Below, in pieces: positions 1-14,800 of a DNA stretch of 53,745 bases. The number at the start of each line of letters is the position of its first letter. Within the stretch, counting starts at the first letter, position 1. Origin of the DNA: Welwitschia mirabilis (lineage: Eukaryota); NCBI GenBank assembly GCA_051453625.1, contig JBOZIK010000001.1:31120363-31174107 (forward strand), written 5' to 3'. The position numbers and the translations under genes are program-made. The notes under the pieces were generated by a model. That model saw only the letters and a list, made by a program, of their open reading frames with translations. It did no database searches and was not told where the DNA came from.

Positions 1-1085
1 ATTCCATTTCTCTTCCTGGGTTTTTTTTCCTTATACACAAGGGATTGGGCACTAAGGCATTGATTTAACTTGTAGTCCAACTTCTACGTGGTTTTCTTAT
101 TAAAGAAGAAAAATCTTAACCTTGTTCGATTCTAGAGCCATTGTATAAAAGCCAATAGAATATCTAAAGAAGAATTGCAAGGGGTAGTGATTCTAGTTTA
201 GATCCTCTACAACTAAGATCTGAAACATTTTTCACTCATAAATTTTGGGTTTAATTTATAGTAGTTTATCTCAATACATTACATTCTAAGAAATGCCACA
301 ATTCTAGTCGAGCTTGATCTTGTGATGTCTGTTTTTTATGCCTTGTTTTTCACATTAAAGTTGTAAGAAAATTGTCTACTTCAAGAACCTCTAGTGCATC
401 TTCCTTCCTATAAAAGAAGACTTAAATGGTTTTTTTCAAAGTTAAGTTCTACACCCATTCTATAAAAAACATTATAAGCAATGGTGGATTCATATGAATA
501 ACTCCTCCATATTTGATTCTAAAGTTTGCATTTCTCAAATGCCAAATTGCTATAGCACTCCAAATACATAAAGTCAAAAATCCAAAAGGTAGTCTATAGC
601 TATCCTCTTGATATTGTTTAACTCTTAAATTTACTTTGTTATTCATGTAATTTGTAATATAGTTGATATTCTTAGAAGTTATTAGCAAATTTTTTAAACT
701 TATAATAATTTCCTGCCAATTCTTGCATTAAATAATTACCTTTTTAATATTTTATTTTAATGAACAATTAGCTTTCCAATGTCGTAAAATGATATTACAT
801 TCTGAATTTTGCATGACATCTATTTATTATAATGCTTACATTCCAATTGTTTGTCTAATGTGTATCTGTTATAACATTTAAAATTCATTTTTTTCAAAAT
901 ACTATATTAGTTTAACTCTTAAAAAAATTTTATTACCTTTTAATAAATCACTTATGTTCAATAATAAGTTGTTTATATCTAATGTCTTATTTTAACTTAA
1001 TTTATGAATAACTATAAGCTTGACATATAATTTTTAGTATTGATTAAGGTTATAAAATATTTTTAATCCTAGGCATAAAACTTTA
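1..1085 (+). repeat. Copia-1 5' LTR (3' portion only)
   Basis: Colinear with the two halves of the split 3' LTR. Ends CATAAAACTTTA (CA>TA) just before the PBS. Confidence 0.9.
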
Positions 1086-1087
1086 AT

Positions 1088-1100
1088 TGGTCTCAAAGCC
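1088..1100 (+). promoter_or_regulatory. Primer-binding site, tRNA-iMet type
   Basis: TGGTCTCAAAGCC versus the canonical TGGTATCAGAGCC, 2 nt after the LTR end. Confidence 0.85.
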
Positions 1101-1275
1101 AGCTTGTTTTTATTTACATTGGATCTTGAATGTTGCTTACAAATGTAGTCTTAATAAATCTTCAATCCTATTAATTCTTGTTGTATACTTTATAAATTTG
1201 AGTTATTTACAAATCCCGTTCTTTTCTATATTCTAATTCATTACTATTTCACTTTCTAGATCATTGTCTTGAATC

Positions 1276-4200
1276 ATGAATAAGGATAAAGTTTCCTAGT
1301 TTGATGTTGATGCATTTGAGATCTAGAAAAGGAGAATGTAAATCTACCTCAAATCAAAGGAAATGTTGAATTATATTGAAGTTGAGTTCACTTCTGTAAA
1401 GCCTAAGAATGATCCTAGAGACTATGAAGAATGTAGAAAAGAAGATTGTAGGTAATGATGATAATCCATCCTAGTATTCTTGATAATGAATTTAAGAAAA
1501 TTAGTAAATGCAACTCTATGTATACATTATGGAGAGAGTTAGATGAGTTCTACCAAGGCCATGAGAATGTGAAAGCCATTATATTATAAAACCTTAGAAC
1601 GTAGTTTGATAACATGAAGGTGAAAGATAATGCGAATGTAGAAGACTACATCTAGAGAGTTAAGGACATAATTAAGGAAATGCAAGATTTAGATTTTAAA
1701 ATCAAGAGCAATGATGTTGTCCTCAAGATTCTAAGATCCTTGACAAAGTCATACAAATCCATTTCCATCATCCTTTAGAATGTATTAAATTTAAGAACCC
1801 TTACCCTAAAAGAAATCTCTAGAAGACTAGCATAATATGAGTATACTATTATAAAAGATGAAGATGAGAATCCTGCTACCTTAAAAATGTCCTATTTTGG
1901 TAGAGATAAAGGATTTCCTAAAGGAAGTTATAGAGGTAAAGAAAGATAATAAGGATAAGAGCAAGGTAAAGGACATGGAAGTAGTAGAGGAAACTCCCAG
2001 TATGATTCATTCCAGTGGAAAGAAACTCAAGAATGCCACTATTGCCATAAGAGAAGCCATCTCATTAAAGATTGTAGGAAGAAAAGGGAAAATGAGTTTC
2101 ATAGAGCTAACATAGTAGAATAAGAATCATCTTCTAAGAAACTTAGGATTAAATAAAATATAGAAACTAATTAAGAAGATGAAGTTAAAGTAGAAGGCTT
2201 TGTGGCATAAACCCAATTAAACCTCATCTCCTCCTTTAACACATCAACCTTCTGGTACATTAATAGTGGTTACTCCATGTACATTACCTATTAAAAGGAA
2301 ATTTTTTAGGATTTTATTACTGAAGATCTTGATACTATCAGTTTTAATGATGGTGCCTCCTAAGAAATCAAGGGATGTGATACTTTATTGGTCAAAAATC
2401 ATAAAGGTGAGAATTTTACAATTCATGATATCTTTTATGTTTGAAATGTATATTACAATCTTATAAGTTTGGAATAGCTCATTGGAAATGGAATTACGAC
2501 TAGATTAAAAAATGATAAGTGTATTTTATCTAAGGACAAACAAGTCCTTGATGTTTTCAAAACTAAAAACAACATGTATTATTTCATATTTGAAAAAGTC
2601 CTAGTTTCCAGCATAGATGAATTCTAGACATGGCATAGGAAATTAGGTTATATATCTGCAAAATACATGAAATAAATGATCCAATGTAATCTTCTAAGAG
2701 GCTTTCCCAATCTCCAAATCTATCCCATAGATTCTTGCAAGGAATATATGCAAGATAAGTAAATCAGAGTCCATTTTCCAAGAGTTAGCACTAGATCATC
2801 CTAGAAGCTATCATTAATTCATTCAGATATCTTTAATCCATTTATCTCTCTAATATTAAGTGGTTGTAAGTATTTTATTACATTTATTAATGATTTTCTA
2901 GATTATTTCATGTTCATTTTCTAAAATATAAATCTCAAGACTTGCAATCTTCTAAAGGTTTTTAAAGATCAGTCAAAAAAGAAATAGGTGTAAACATTTA
3001 ATGCTTGAGAATAAATTATGGACATGAATACCTATCTAATGAATTCCAAGCTTATTTGAAATATAATGAAATTATCCATCAAATCATAACTTCTTACACT
3101 CCATAATATAATGGAGTTGTAGAAAGAAAGAATCACTCTTTGGTGGATATGGTAAGAACAATGCTACTTTAAACAACTCTTAATAAGTCCTTTTGGATTA
3201 AAGCAATCAATACTATAAACTACCTTCAAAATTACATGGTCATGAGACATCTTAATCATTCCATCTCATATCAACGATGGTATGGTGTTAAATCTAATTT
3301 TTTACATTTGCAAATTTTTGGATCTAATTGTTTTATTAAAAATATAAAACCTAATCAAGACAAATTGGAATCTAGATCTAGGTCATGCATATTTCTTAGA
3401 TATTCTATCCAAAGCAAATAATATATGTATGTTATGATCCTAACTTAAGAAAATTTTATGATGTATTGATGTTAAATTCATGTATTTTGAATCATCAAAT
3501 TCTATATCTAGTACTAATGGTAATGTTCATAACTCTTGTGATGTTGAATCTAGTAAACCTAGAGAGGATGATGATGAAAGAATACTTGAAAAAACTCTAG
3601 TTGATGGCATACATTATACTGTAATTCAAATGCACATTGCTAAAAAATATAAAAGTGAAAATAACTCTAAAAATCCATTTGAATTACTAGATCAAAATCT
3701 TGATAATCAATCAAAACATAAGAGGATAACCTCTTATCCTGATCAATCCAACATCATAAGTCCTGTTAATGCTTCTATGAGGACAAGAAAACAACAAAAT
3801 CTTAGTGTAATCATATAAGCTAAGGTATACAATGACGTTCTGAAAGATTATTTAACATCAAGTTGTAAATCTTTAAATCAAGATCTAGTTTACTTTAAGG
3901 AAGTAGTAAAATACCCATATTGGGTAAAACAATGAAGGAAGAAATTTCCAAGATTGAAAAGAATAAGATAAGAATTGTTATTCCTAAGCTAGAAATTAAA
4001 AATTTCACTGCTACTAAGTGGATTTATAGATTAAATATAATTCTAATGATACAATTAACAAGTATAAGGATCATCTTGTTGCTCTTGGTTATATTCAAGA
4101 AGTAGGCATAGATTATGGTGAAATATATGATTCTATGGCATGTCTTAAATTAGTGAAAACATTTCTTGCATATGGTTTCAAAATTCTTATGACTATTTAG

Positions 4201-5370
4201 CAAATGGATGTTAAATCTACCTTTATAAATGTGGTTCTTAAAGAAGAGGTATGCATCTCATAACCCCAAGGTTTTATGAAATAAGGTATGAAAGTCATAT
4301 TTACTTATTAAATAAGGCTTTGTATGATTTTAAAATAAGCCTAAGCGCTTGGTTTCCTAGACTTAATTCTTATTTATGAAATCATGGTTACAAGAACTGT
4401 TATTTTGAAAAACTTTGTATAAGAAAACCACCAAAGGTAATTTAATTTTTATCTTGATCTATGTTGATGATATAATTTTTGGTGGCATAGATAGAAAGTT
4501 AATTAATAAATTTAAGGTTGACATAAAAATAAAATTTGAAATGATAGTCCTTGACCAACTCTTATACTATCTTGGAATCCAAATTTAGCAAATGTCAAGA
4601 GGCATATCCTTAAATTAAGGTAAATATGCTTTTGATATGTTGAAAAAATTTGGTATTCAAGAATGTAAACTCATCTCGACTTCCTTATAAACCAATCACA
4701 AAATCAAGAAACATGAAGGGAGATGAGGTTGGTATGCACATATATGAATATATGATAGGAATCTTAATGTATCTAACTATAACTTATGCTAATATTCAAT
4801 ATGTATTTAGTTTGATATCTATATTTATACTTATTTAAGAAAGTCCCATCTAGATCTTATTAAAAGAATATCACATTATGTTAAAGGCACATTATATTTT
4901 GATTTGTTTTATAAGACTAACAATTACACCCAACTTGTTGGTTATGTGGATGCAAATTGGGTAGAAAGTCTTGATGATTAAAAGAGCACAATAGGATATG
5001 CAATGCTTCTTGGTAAAAGCCTTTTTTATTTGGCAAGAAAAAAACAATCTTGTATGACTCTTTCTATTGCCAAAGTTAAGTATATGAAAATTTATTTATC
5101 AAGGCATAATTAGTATGGCTTAACAAACTTTTTGAAGATTTTATAATTCTAGTTAATAAGTTAATACATCTATTGTGTGATAGTGCTTTTGCCATTACAA
5201 TTTCTAAGAATCCTGTGATGCATGCAAGGATCAAGCACATTCATATAAAATTCCATTTCATTTGAAATATAGTTGAATATGAACTTCTTATTCTTGATTA
5301 TTATCCTTTTAAGTTATAATTGGCTAATTTTGATAAAAGCTCTTGATAAGGTAAGATTCCAATAATTAAG
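1276..5370 (+). pseudogene. Copia-1 gag-pol polyprotein pseudogene
   Basis: Gag start MNKDKVS*FDVDAFEI*KRRM*IYL. Zn-knuckle CHYCHKRSHLIKDC (2034-2075). Protease WYINSGYSMYIT (~2253). Integrase WHRKLGY, LIHSDIFNP, YTP*YNGVVERKN. RT QMDVKSTF (4201) and IYVDDIIF (~4458). RNase H GYVDANW and ISKNPVMHARIKHIHIKFHFI. Many stops and frameshifts. Confidence 0.95.
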
Positions 5371-5562
5371 GAAGAGACCTATGATCCTTGAGAGACATAA
5401 GGGAAAAAATCACCCACAAGGTTTAAATTGCCTCAACTATAAACATGGTAGTATGTCTTTTAAATTCTTGTTTACTATGGTTTATACAACTTTGTGCATG
5501 TGTGGTTTCTTTTGAAGTTTCATGATTACAAGTGCATTTTTCATGCTTATGTTATTAATTTC

Positions 5563-5571
5563 AAGGGAGAG
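5563..5571 (+). promoter_or_regulatory. Copia-1 polypurine tract
   Basis: AAGGGAGAG, then TT, then TG at 5574. Confidence 0.75.
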
Positions 5572-5573
5572 TT

Positions 5574-7211
5574 TGACGAAAATATTAATATGACATTAAG
5601 GAAACAATTGTTAAATTTAATTACTATAGCTATTACCTTTAAATTATCTCTTATTAAAAGACTTGTGTTATAAAATCTAAAACATTATTACTTTTGTATA
5701 GATTCTTGCTTTTGTATACTCTGGTTTATGTTCTTTAAAAGTATGGCTTAATGTTTATAAGACATTAAATAACAAAGCACATGTACTTGTACCAATTTAT
5801 CTTTACTATAATACAATGTCAAGCCTAGTTTAATATCTTAACTTTATGGGATATAACATAAAATCTTAATATACATCTTGCAAATTAATTGGTTAAATTT
5901 TAATGTAAACATTTATTTGATCATTCATTGAAAGTACCAAGATTACATAGAGTTTGGAGAAAATTAGGCTTTGAAACTCCTTACTTAAGTGAAAAGATAT
6001 TCTCTTAAATAGTGGCTTTCTACTACTATTGTACAATCATAGTAAGTTTCTCAAATGTTATTAGAATTCTATGTGCAATGAATTAGAGATATTTAAGGTA
6101 TTATTTGATCAATACTTAAATATAGAATTAAGATCAGTAGAATTACTATAAAAAAAATTCTATTTTTGAATAGAGAATTCTTCTTTTTATGCAAAATTTT
6201 TTTATAATGCATTTGTATATTGGAAAAATGATTATATGCAAATGGATTTGGATTTTATTACACTTATCTATTTTATTTGTTCATACATAAAATTGAGAGT
6301 AAGGATCTAAAAGTATGTAGACATTGAATTTCCATTATAAGATAGTTACCTATTAGGTTTAATAAGATCCCCTATTAGAATAATCCAAATAGGCCAATGA
6401 CATTCATCTTTTGGAAGATATCTTTGGGAAAATGTTTTTTGTATCTTTGTATGATCATTGCCTATGTTTCTCATACAAAATTATTGCTACAGACTATATG
6501 TATATTCATACATGGTTAATCATAGTAATTCACTATTTATATACTACATTAGAGAAAATTATTTTTTAAAAAAATAACAATACCAAAGAAACCATATTAA
6601 ATTAGACTTATGAATAATTACTATCAGAAAGAAATGCAAGTAAAAATCAATAAGCAAACAGTGGCAGTAATTATTGTAACATTAGATTTGGTACTTGAAT
6701 AAGGCATGAAAAAGAAATGTAGATAATAATATAATAATATCTGTTATGAATTTTTCTATTTAAGAAATGACTTACTCCAATATTAGTATAGTCAAATAAG
6801 TATAATTTTACATAATTAAATCATGATCATTAATATCAAATTTAGTTGTTATTTTAACCTTATTTAAGTCTCTCTTAAATAAATTCCCAGTTGCATTTAA
6901 AAAAAAAAAAAACTTCTTTTCCTATCAGATCTTATTTATCTTCACAAGTTTCTTTATTCTTATACATAGGGGATTGACCATTGAAGCATTGATTTTAACT
7001 TCTTATCCAACTTTTGTATGGTTTCTTCTTAAAGAAGAAAAATCTTGAGCTTGTTTAATTCTAGAGCTATTGTATAAAAACTAGTAAAATATTTGAAGAA
7101 GAATTGTAAGTGGTGGTGCTTTTAATTCAGAGTCTTTACAACTAACATTTGAAATATTTTTCACTTACAAATTTCAACTTTAATCTAGAGGATTTTATCT
7201 TAGTACATTAC
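5574..7211 (+). repeat. Copia-1 3' LTR, left part
   Basis: Starts TG after the PPT. ~6930-7211 aligns to 1-282 and breaks at ATTAC. Confidence 0.85.
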
Positions 7212-8325
7212 TATTGCATTGCCAACTTACACATATTTGATACACTATTTTAAGTTATTTTGCTAGTAAATAGATAGGTAAATACTTAATTTCCATGATA
7301 ATGAAGAGTTGAGATGAAAAGAATGAAGACATGTAATATTCATAATAATTTACAGCATTCTGAACAAATTTTAATACTTTACATTTCTAAAGATAACTTT
7401 CTACAAACATTGAGGCTGTGCAATAATTAAAGAATTATCAAAGATCATTTTTTTACTTCGTCATTTAAACAACTATACGGATGACCCTACCAACTGGATG
7501 CTAATTGTAATCTACCTGGCAACTAATGTGGATTGATTATGAAGTGGCATTACCTCCTCTATCGTCTAAATGACTAGCTGGATGATACTATTATAATGTC
7601 TATTTTGAACATTCATCTAACTTTTTCCACTTGTATTTTCTGTTTTCCTTTAAGTGGCCATTATGGTTTACCCATGCCTTTCTGTCTTTATTATTTACCC
7701 ATGCCTTTCTGTCTTTGTTGTTATGTATTTAAGTTTATAAATAGAGATATCACCCTTAACTCTTGCTTATCTTTATTTGCACTTAAAATTCTCATAATAG
7801 GATATTGAAGGGCTAGATATCTTGTAGTTTTAGAAAGATGTTTCTTTAGTATTAGGCAACATTTCCTTCATTGAGGTGTGGCTACTTTGTAACACAGATT
7901 TGGATCAATTTATTAATATAAAAAATTTCCTTTTATGCTTTTAATGTGTAGTTTTTTCTTACCCTTATAGGTTATGTTGCTTATAATTCACTGATAATTT
8001 CTATAGTAATATACGTAATGAGAGCAACATTTATCAAGGTTGTGCTTGATTAGTTTAGGTTAAGTGTAATGTTGTTTCCTTTTACTAGATTAGCTTTGCA
8101 TAAGTGTGTTTTATTTTACTTTCATATATTACAAGTTATTTCTATAGATTAGATACAAGTATTTCTTTATGAAAAGCAACTCTCTTATTTCCTACTTTAT
8201 CCTTTGTGGATTATGACATTTGATTCACTTCCATCTATATTAGTGTATTGTGTTTATGCATCATTATTTATGATTAACAGGATTCTACTCAAAACAAAAA
8301 TTTTTCATAAATATGCACCACAGCA
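7212..8325 (+). repeat. Gypsy-1 5' LTR
   Basis: TATTGCATTGCC...CCACAGCA, colinear with 25570-26638. Confidence 0.92.
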
Positions 8326-8328
8326 TCT

Positions 8329-8346
8329 TGGTGCCATTACCAAGAA
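8329..8346 (+). promoter_or_regulatory. Primer-binding site, tRNA-Asp type
   Basis: TGGTGCCATTACCAAGAA versus the Athila PBS TGGCGCCGTTGCCGGGGA. Every mismatch is C>T or G>A. Confidence 0.8.
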
Positions 8347-8804
8347 GACTACTTAAGGTTTGGGAGTTGTCATTACTTTGGTAAGTATTTTGGTTTAGAT
8401 GCTTGTTGCAGCAGTGATGTATCAGTATCTATAGTATCATAGGCTTTCACTTTTTATAGTGTTAGTTTTTCTATTTTTTAAATAAAAATATGTTTTCTAT
8501 TCTATAATAAAAATCAGTCATTCACTTGATCATCTAGACGATGTGCAACGATGATGGCCTCTATGCCATGAGTTTTCTATTTCAGTTTTCTATTAAAATT
8601 TTTTAAGGTTTTTCTTATCACCTCCTTTGTCATTTAGAAAAATCAGGAGGACAATAGCCTGCTCTGAGAGTTTTCTATCTATGTCAGTTTTTCATTCCTG
8701 TTTTCTTCTTTTTCCTTTTTTGTGATTTTTGTGTTTTTTGTTATTTAGGGTATCATCCAGATAACTTCAGAGATGATACTCTATGCATCTGAGACTGAGC
8801 ATGT

Positions 8805-11800
8805 ATGGTAAAATCTAGTAAGAAAGAAAAATACCAGAGAGAGCAAATGTTTATTACTAAAAATATTAGAGAAGGTTTAATAGATTTAGGATCTAAAATA
8901 GGTAAAAACAGCAAAGGTATATAAGATTTTGAATTTCCTACAATTTCTACTGTCATTTCTATAAAGTATGATTTTACTACCATGTCTACCTCATTCCAAA
9001 AGCAAAAGCAACTTGTTTCATAAACTCCATATCTTGTCATTGAAATCCCTACAACCACTCCTACTCGTACTAATACCAATGTTACTCTTCGAGACCTTAT
9101 AGTAAACAAGAAACATGAAATCCAAATTTCTTTTGACTTACCTCCCGGTGATGATGTTGAAATTCATAACTTAAATGTATATCCTACCTTTAGTAGTAAA
9201 CCTGATGAAGATCCCTTGCAACACATAACTAATATAGAGTAGTTAGTTCTCACTTCCAAAAATGGTAAAAAAATGCATAAGTGATAAAACCTACATGATT
9301 ATTTTTTCCATCACTTTAAAAGATAAAGCAAAACTATGTCTTAAAATGAATTCTCATAAGAGTCTAAAATCTTGGAGTCAAGTTCAAGAATCCTTCATTA
9401 AGAGATTTATGAGTGAAACCACCATCTAAAAATGTAAGAAAGAAGTCACTAACTTCTAACAAATGCCTAAAAAATATTATGCTTCTACCTATGAAAGATT
9501 CTTTATTACTTTACATTCAAACCATGTAGATGCCTTTTTATAGGTAGATCTAGTTGACTACTTTTACAGTGGATTAAAAAGTAATCTAAAGAAACTTGTA
9601 GATTTTTCATGTGAAGGAAACTTATTGAATCAAATCTTAGATGATTCTTGGAAAGTGTTGGAATACTTGATAGAAGCGAGTCAAACATGGCCTAAACCGT
9701 GAGTTAGAGAAAACTAAATAGTAGGTCAAATTATTAAAGATATAAAGGAGGTAAAATATGAGAAAAATAAAATATGAATTAAAAATAACCTAATTAATGT
9801 CATGAATGATTTCACTTCAACCTTAGAAAAATACACATAAATGATTATTAATGATAAGATGACAATCAAGAAGAGTAAAATTGTAATTCCTACCTAAGAT
9901 TTGTGTGAGGATAGTTACTATGTTATCAAATAATGTCCTTTGATTCTAACTTATAAAGAGAAAATCTATAAAGAAGTTTATACTTTTAACCAGAGGTCTT
10001 TAAACTACAATTAAAATTAAAATCAAAGATAAGTCTAAAATCATAACAACTTTCAACCTAGGATGAGTGAATGAACAAAATTCAAAAATTTTTAATTAAA
10101 AAATCCTAATTTCCAAAATTTTAAAAAAACACTTGAGAACATAAATTTTTAATATAACAACTCAAATAACTTGGGAAGCTTATCAAACTTCCAAAACCAT
10201 AGTGATCCTCTTAGGAATTCCATTGAGAAATTAAGGGGGCAAAAAAACTTAAACATTGAAAATACGAACATCAACATTAAAAACCTTGTGAGCATCCTAT
10301 AATGAACTATTCTTACCAATCAAAGACCACAAAGGTCTCTTATCNNNNNNNNNNNNNNNNNNNNNNNNNNNNNNNNNNNNNNNNNNNNNNNNNNNNNNNN
10401 NNNNNNNNNNNNNNNNNNNNNNNNNNNNNNNNNNNNNNNNNNNNCTTGGAAAGTGTTGGAATATTTGGTAGAAATAAGTCAAACATGGCCTAAATTCTCA
10501 TCTAAAGAAAACTGAACTATAGGCCAAGTCATTAAAGATCTAAAGAAGGTAAATCATGAAAAATATAAAATAATAATAGAAAATAAATCCACTAATGTCA
10601 TAAAGGATTTCACCTCTATCTTAGAAAAGTATATCAAAATGATTCTTGATGCTAAGTTGGAAATCAAGAAGAGTGAAGTTGTAGTTCCTACCTGTGATTT
10701 ATGTGAAGATAGTTACCATGTTACTAAAGAATGTCCTTTACTTTCAACTTATAGACAGAAAATCTATGAGGAAGTTTATGCCTTTAATCAGTAATCTTCA
10801 AAAAACCAAAATCAAAGACAAGTCTAAAATCACAAGAACTTTCAATATAGGATGAGTGAATAACCCAACTCTAGAATTTTTTAAACAAATCATCCTATCT
10901 TCCAACCTTTCAAGAATAGATTTGAGAGCTTAAACTTTCCATCTGATAACTCAAACAACTTGGCAAGCTTATCCAACTCCTAAAAGCATTGTGATCCTCT
11001 TAGGAATTTCATTGAGAAGTTAAGAAAATCATAAGAAAAAACTAACTTAAACATTAAAAAGGCAAACATAACATAGAAAATCTTATGAAAATCTTATAAA
11101 AAACTATTCTTTCCAACCATAGACCACAAGGATCTCTTTCCACTCAACATTTACTAAACCTAAATAAAGTTAGAAAGATTGTAAGATGATGAGAAAAAGT
11201 AAAAATGACATAATACCTCTTACTCATGAGGCTTTAACATTACAAAATGACAAGATTAATGAGGAAGAGGATATAGAAATCTTAGAAAACCATTCCTTTC
11301 CTTCTTTATTAAGTAATAAAAAGAAAGACCCTTCATAAAAGAAACCTACTATTTCATGGTTTAATAGGATTAACACAAATTATGTTTTTGATGATTATCT
11401 AAAAGCCTTAATGTAAAATGTGAGTATCAACTTGTCATTTTGAAAACGTTTGCAAAAAAATCCAAGGTATTCTAAGCTATGAAAAGACTTCATAAGAAGA
11501 AAATAAAAATAAATCATCCCTATTAAAGTCTGCCTAACTCAATCCATTAGTAATTTGCTTTGTTAAAAATGTCTAAAGTTTAAGGATCTGGGGGTGATAA
11601 CTATGAGTATCACTTTAAAAGGAAACCATAGGATAAAGAAAGTATTGATAGATATTGGAGCTAGTATCAACATTATGCCCTTGCACATTTGTCAAAGACT
11701 TAGTTTGAAAGAAATAATAGAACCTACATGGATTATCTTAGAGTTAGTTGATACTTCTATGGAAAAACCATTAGGTATGATCAAGGACTTAATCATTCAG

Positions 11801-14800
11801 ATATAAGAAGCTTTCTACCCCATGATGATGTTATTTTAGAAGTTGAGCATCATGGTGGATATCCTTTACTTCTAAGTAGAGCTTTCTATGCAACAACCCA
11901 CTATATCATAGATATAAGAACTAGACTGATGAATTGTTATTTTTGGAATAAGTAATTTTTAATAAGAGTATTTAATGTAGCTAAAAAAAATTAGGCAACA
12001 ATTTAAGTTTGGAGGAAGAAATTAGGTCAACTCTATTTTTATAGCATCATCCACTTGAGGAAAGATGGTCCATGCTTCATGAACTAACCTTGTCTGATGA
12101 TAAATTAGAAGTAGACTACTTGTATGTTTTTGATGACTAACTTGAATTTGACCATCTAACAATTGAGTTTTCTAATCTAAAGATTACAAAGTCTAAATCT
12201 GTTAACTATGTAGAAGTTTGAGAATTTAGCAAACCTAAGATTTCTTATTTTGAAAGTAGTCATTCACTACTAACATCCAAATGACAATCTGAGATGATAT
12301 TTTATTATTCTAAAAATTTTTCAAAAATGAAAATTTGAACTTAAGCCTAAGCCTAAAACCTTTAGACAATGGACTAAAATAATTTTTCTAAATAGTTTCC
12401 TAAACAAACCCTTAATTATCAATAAAAACCTTATCCCTCAATAGAAATCGGGTCTCAACTCTCTTCTGCAATCTAAGGTAAATGCATTTGCTTGGTTTCA
12501 TAATAATTTGATGGCCATACCCACTTTCATTATTCAACATAAAATATACCTTAAATAAAATGCTAAACTTATGAGACAACTTTAATGGAGACTCAATCCA
12601 TCCTTAAACAAATTATAAAAGATGAAATCATTAAATTAATGGATAGTGAAAACATTTATTGACTTACTAATAGTGAGTGAATTAGCCCCTTAATAGTAGT
12701 TTCAAAAAAGGGTGGGAAATGGTAAATGTGCNNNNNNNNNNNNNNNNNNNNNNNNNNNNNNNNNNAAAAGCCATTGTTCTTTGTCTTTTCTTGATTAGAT
12801 TCTTGATAGGATTTAGGGTCATGCTTTTTACTATTTTATTGATGGTTATAGTGGTTACAACCATGTTTGTATTACTAGTGAAGACCAAGACAAAACCACT
12901 TTTACTTTTACTTTTGATGCTTTTGCCTTTAGACACATGTTTTTTAGTATTTATAATGCTCCTAGTACTTTTTAGTATGCTATAATGGGTATCTTATCTG
13001 ATATGCTTAAGGATTCCATTGATATTTTTATGAATAACTTCTCTATCTATATTGAAACTTTTGAATAAATCTTAGATCGATTAGAGAAGGTCTTTAACTA
13101 TTGCATTTCTAGTAGCATCCACTTGAGTTGGGAAAAGAATCTATTTCTTATAGAAAATGGCATTGTTTTAGGTCACCATATTTCTCAGAAGTGGATTAGG
13201 ATGGATGCTTCTAAAGTTGATATTATTCAAAACCTAGGACCCCCTACAAATGTTAAATAGGTCCAATTGTTTCTTAGTTATTGTGGCTTTTACCATTGAT
13301 TCATTCATGATTATACTACTATTTGTAAACTCCTTCACTCATTACTAGATAAAGAAGCCAAATTTAAATAGAACGAATCTTATCAACTTGCTTTTGATAG
13401 GCTTAAACATAAATTGTCTTATGCTTCTATAGTAACAGGACCCGATTGGGAACTTGATTTTGAGCTTATGTGTGATAGAAGTAACTTTATCATAGATGGG
13501 GTTCTTTGTCAAAAATATGATAATGATTTTAAAGTTTTATATTACTATAGAAAATCTTTGTCTAGAGTTCAAATAAACTATACCACTACAAATAAATAGA
13601 TTCTAGCTATGATCTTTTGCCTTGATTCTCTTAGACATTATCTTTTGGGATTTCATACCAATGTTTACACCAACCATGCTACTATTTATTACTTCATGAC
13701 CAAAAAAGATTCTAGTGCATGTTTGATTAGATGGATCCTTATTATGCAAGAGTTTAACTTAACCATCATAGATAAAGTAGGGAAGCATAATTGTATTGTC
13801 GATCACTCGTTTCGGTCTCCTTTTTCTTTAGATGATTCTATTATTGATGATTCATTTCTTGATGAGTAGCTTTTTACTATTTCTTCTTCTCATCCTTCTC
13901 CATGATATGCAGGTATTTTTAACTATCTTATGATCATAAAAATACCACATCACTAGATCTATAACCAACACAAATCTTTTCTTCATAGAATAGGTGACTA
14001 TAAGTGGATAGAGTCATAAATGCACCATAGGTATAAAGACTAAATCATGAGAAAATATGTGCTTGATTAGGAGATACTTGATATCCTTCATCTTTGTCAT
14101 AGTTGTGTTTGTGGAGGACACTTTAATGGATATGAAACTACAATGAAAATCCTCCATTCTGGTTTTTACTAGCCTCCTTTTGTTCATGATTCTTTTGATT
14201 TTTCTAGAAGGTATTATTCTTGCCAGCATTATAGTAGCCTTTTTCATTCATAGAAAATACTCCTTAGACTTATTCTTGAGTGTGAGCCTTTTGATTATTA
14301 GGACATTAATTTCATAGGTCCTATTCATCCACCTTCTTCTGATAAACATTACATTTTAATGGCTGTAAATTACATGATTAAATGAGTTAAAGTCATACTT
14401 CTTTGAATGATGCTCAAACTATTTTTTATTTTCTTAGAACTTATATCTTTCCAAGATTTAGTTTTCCTGGAGTTATCATTAGTGATCAGGATACTCATTT
14501 CATTAATCAAATTTTTAAGAAACTTCTTTTGTCCATTGGTATCGAACATAGAGTATCTTATACTTATCATTCTCAAACTAATGAATAGGCTAAAAATGCC
14601 AACAGAGAAATAAAGAAAATGTTATAAAAACTTGACTCTATTAATAAAAATTCTTTGACTTCTAAACTTAATGATGTACTTTGGGCTTACCGCACTACTT
14701 GGCGTACTTATCTTGGTTTTTCATCTTACAAACTTGTATACGGTAAAGTTTGTGTATTACCTATTCATATGTGTTATAATTCTTATTATGCATTTCATCA

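Noticed and set aside
12682..12985. Hydrophobic ORF-track entries here and at 14014-14613 and 15640-16470
   Set aside because: They are off-frame or antisense readings of gypsy RT/integrase.
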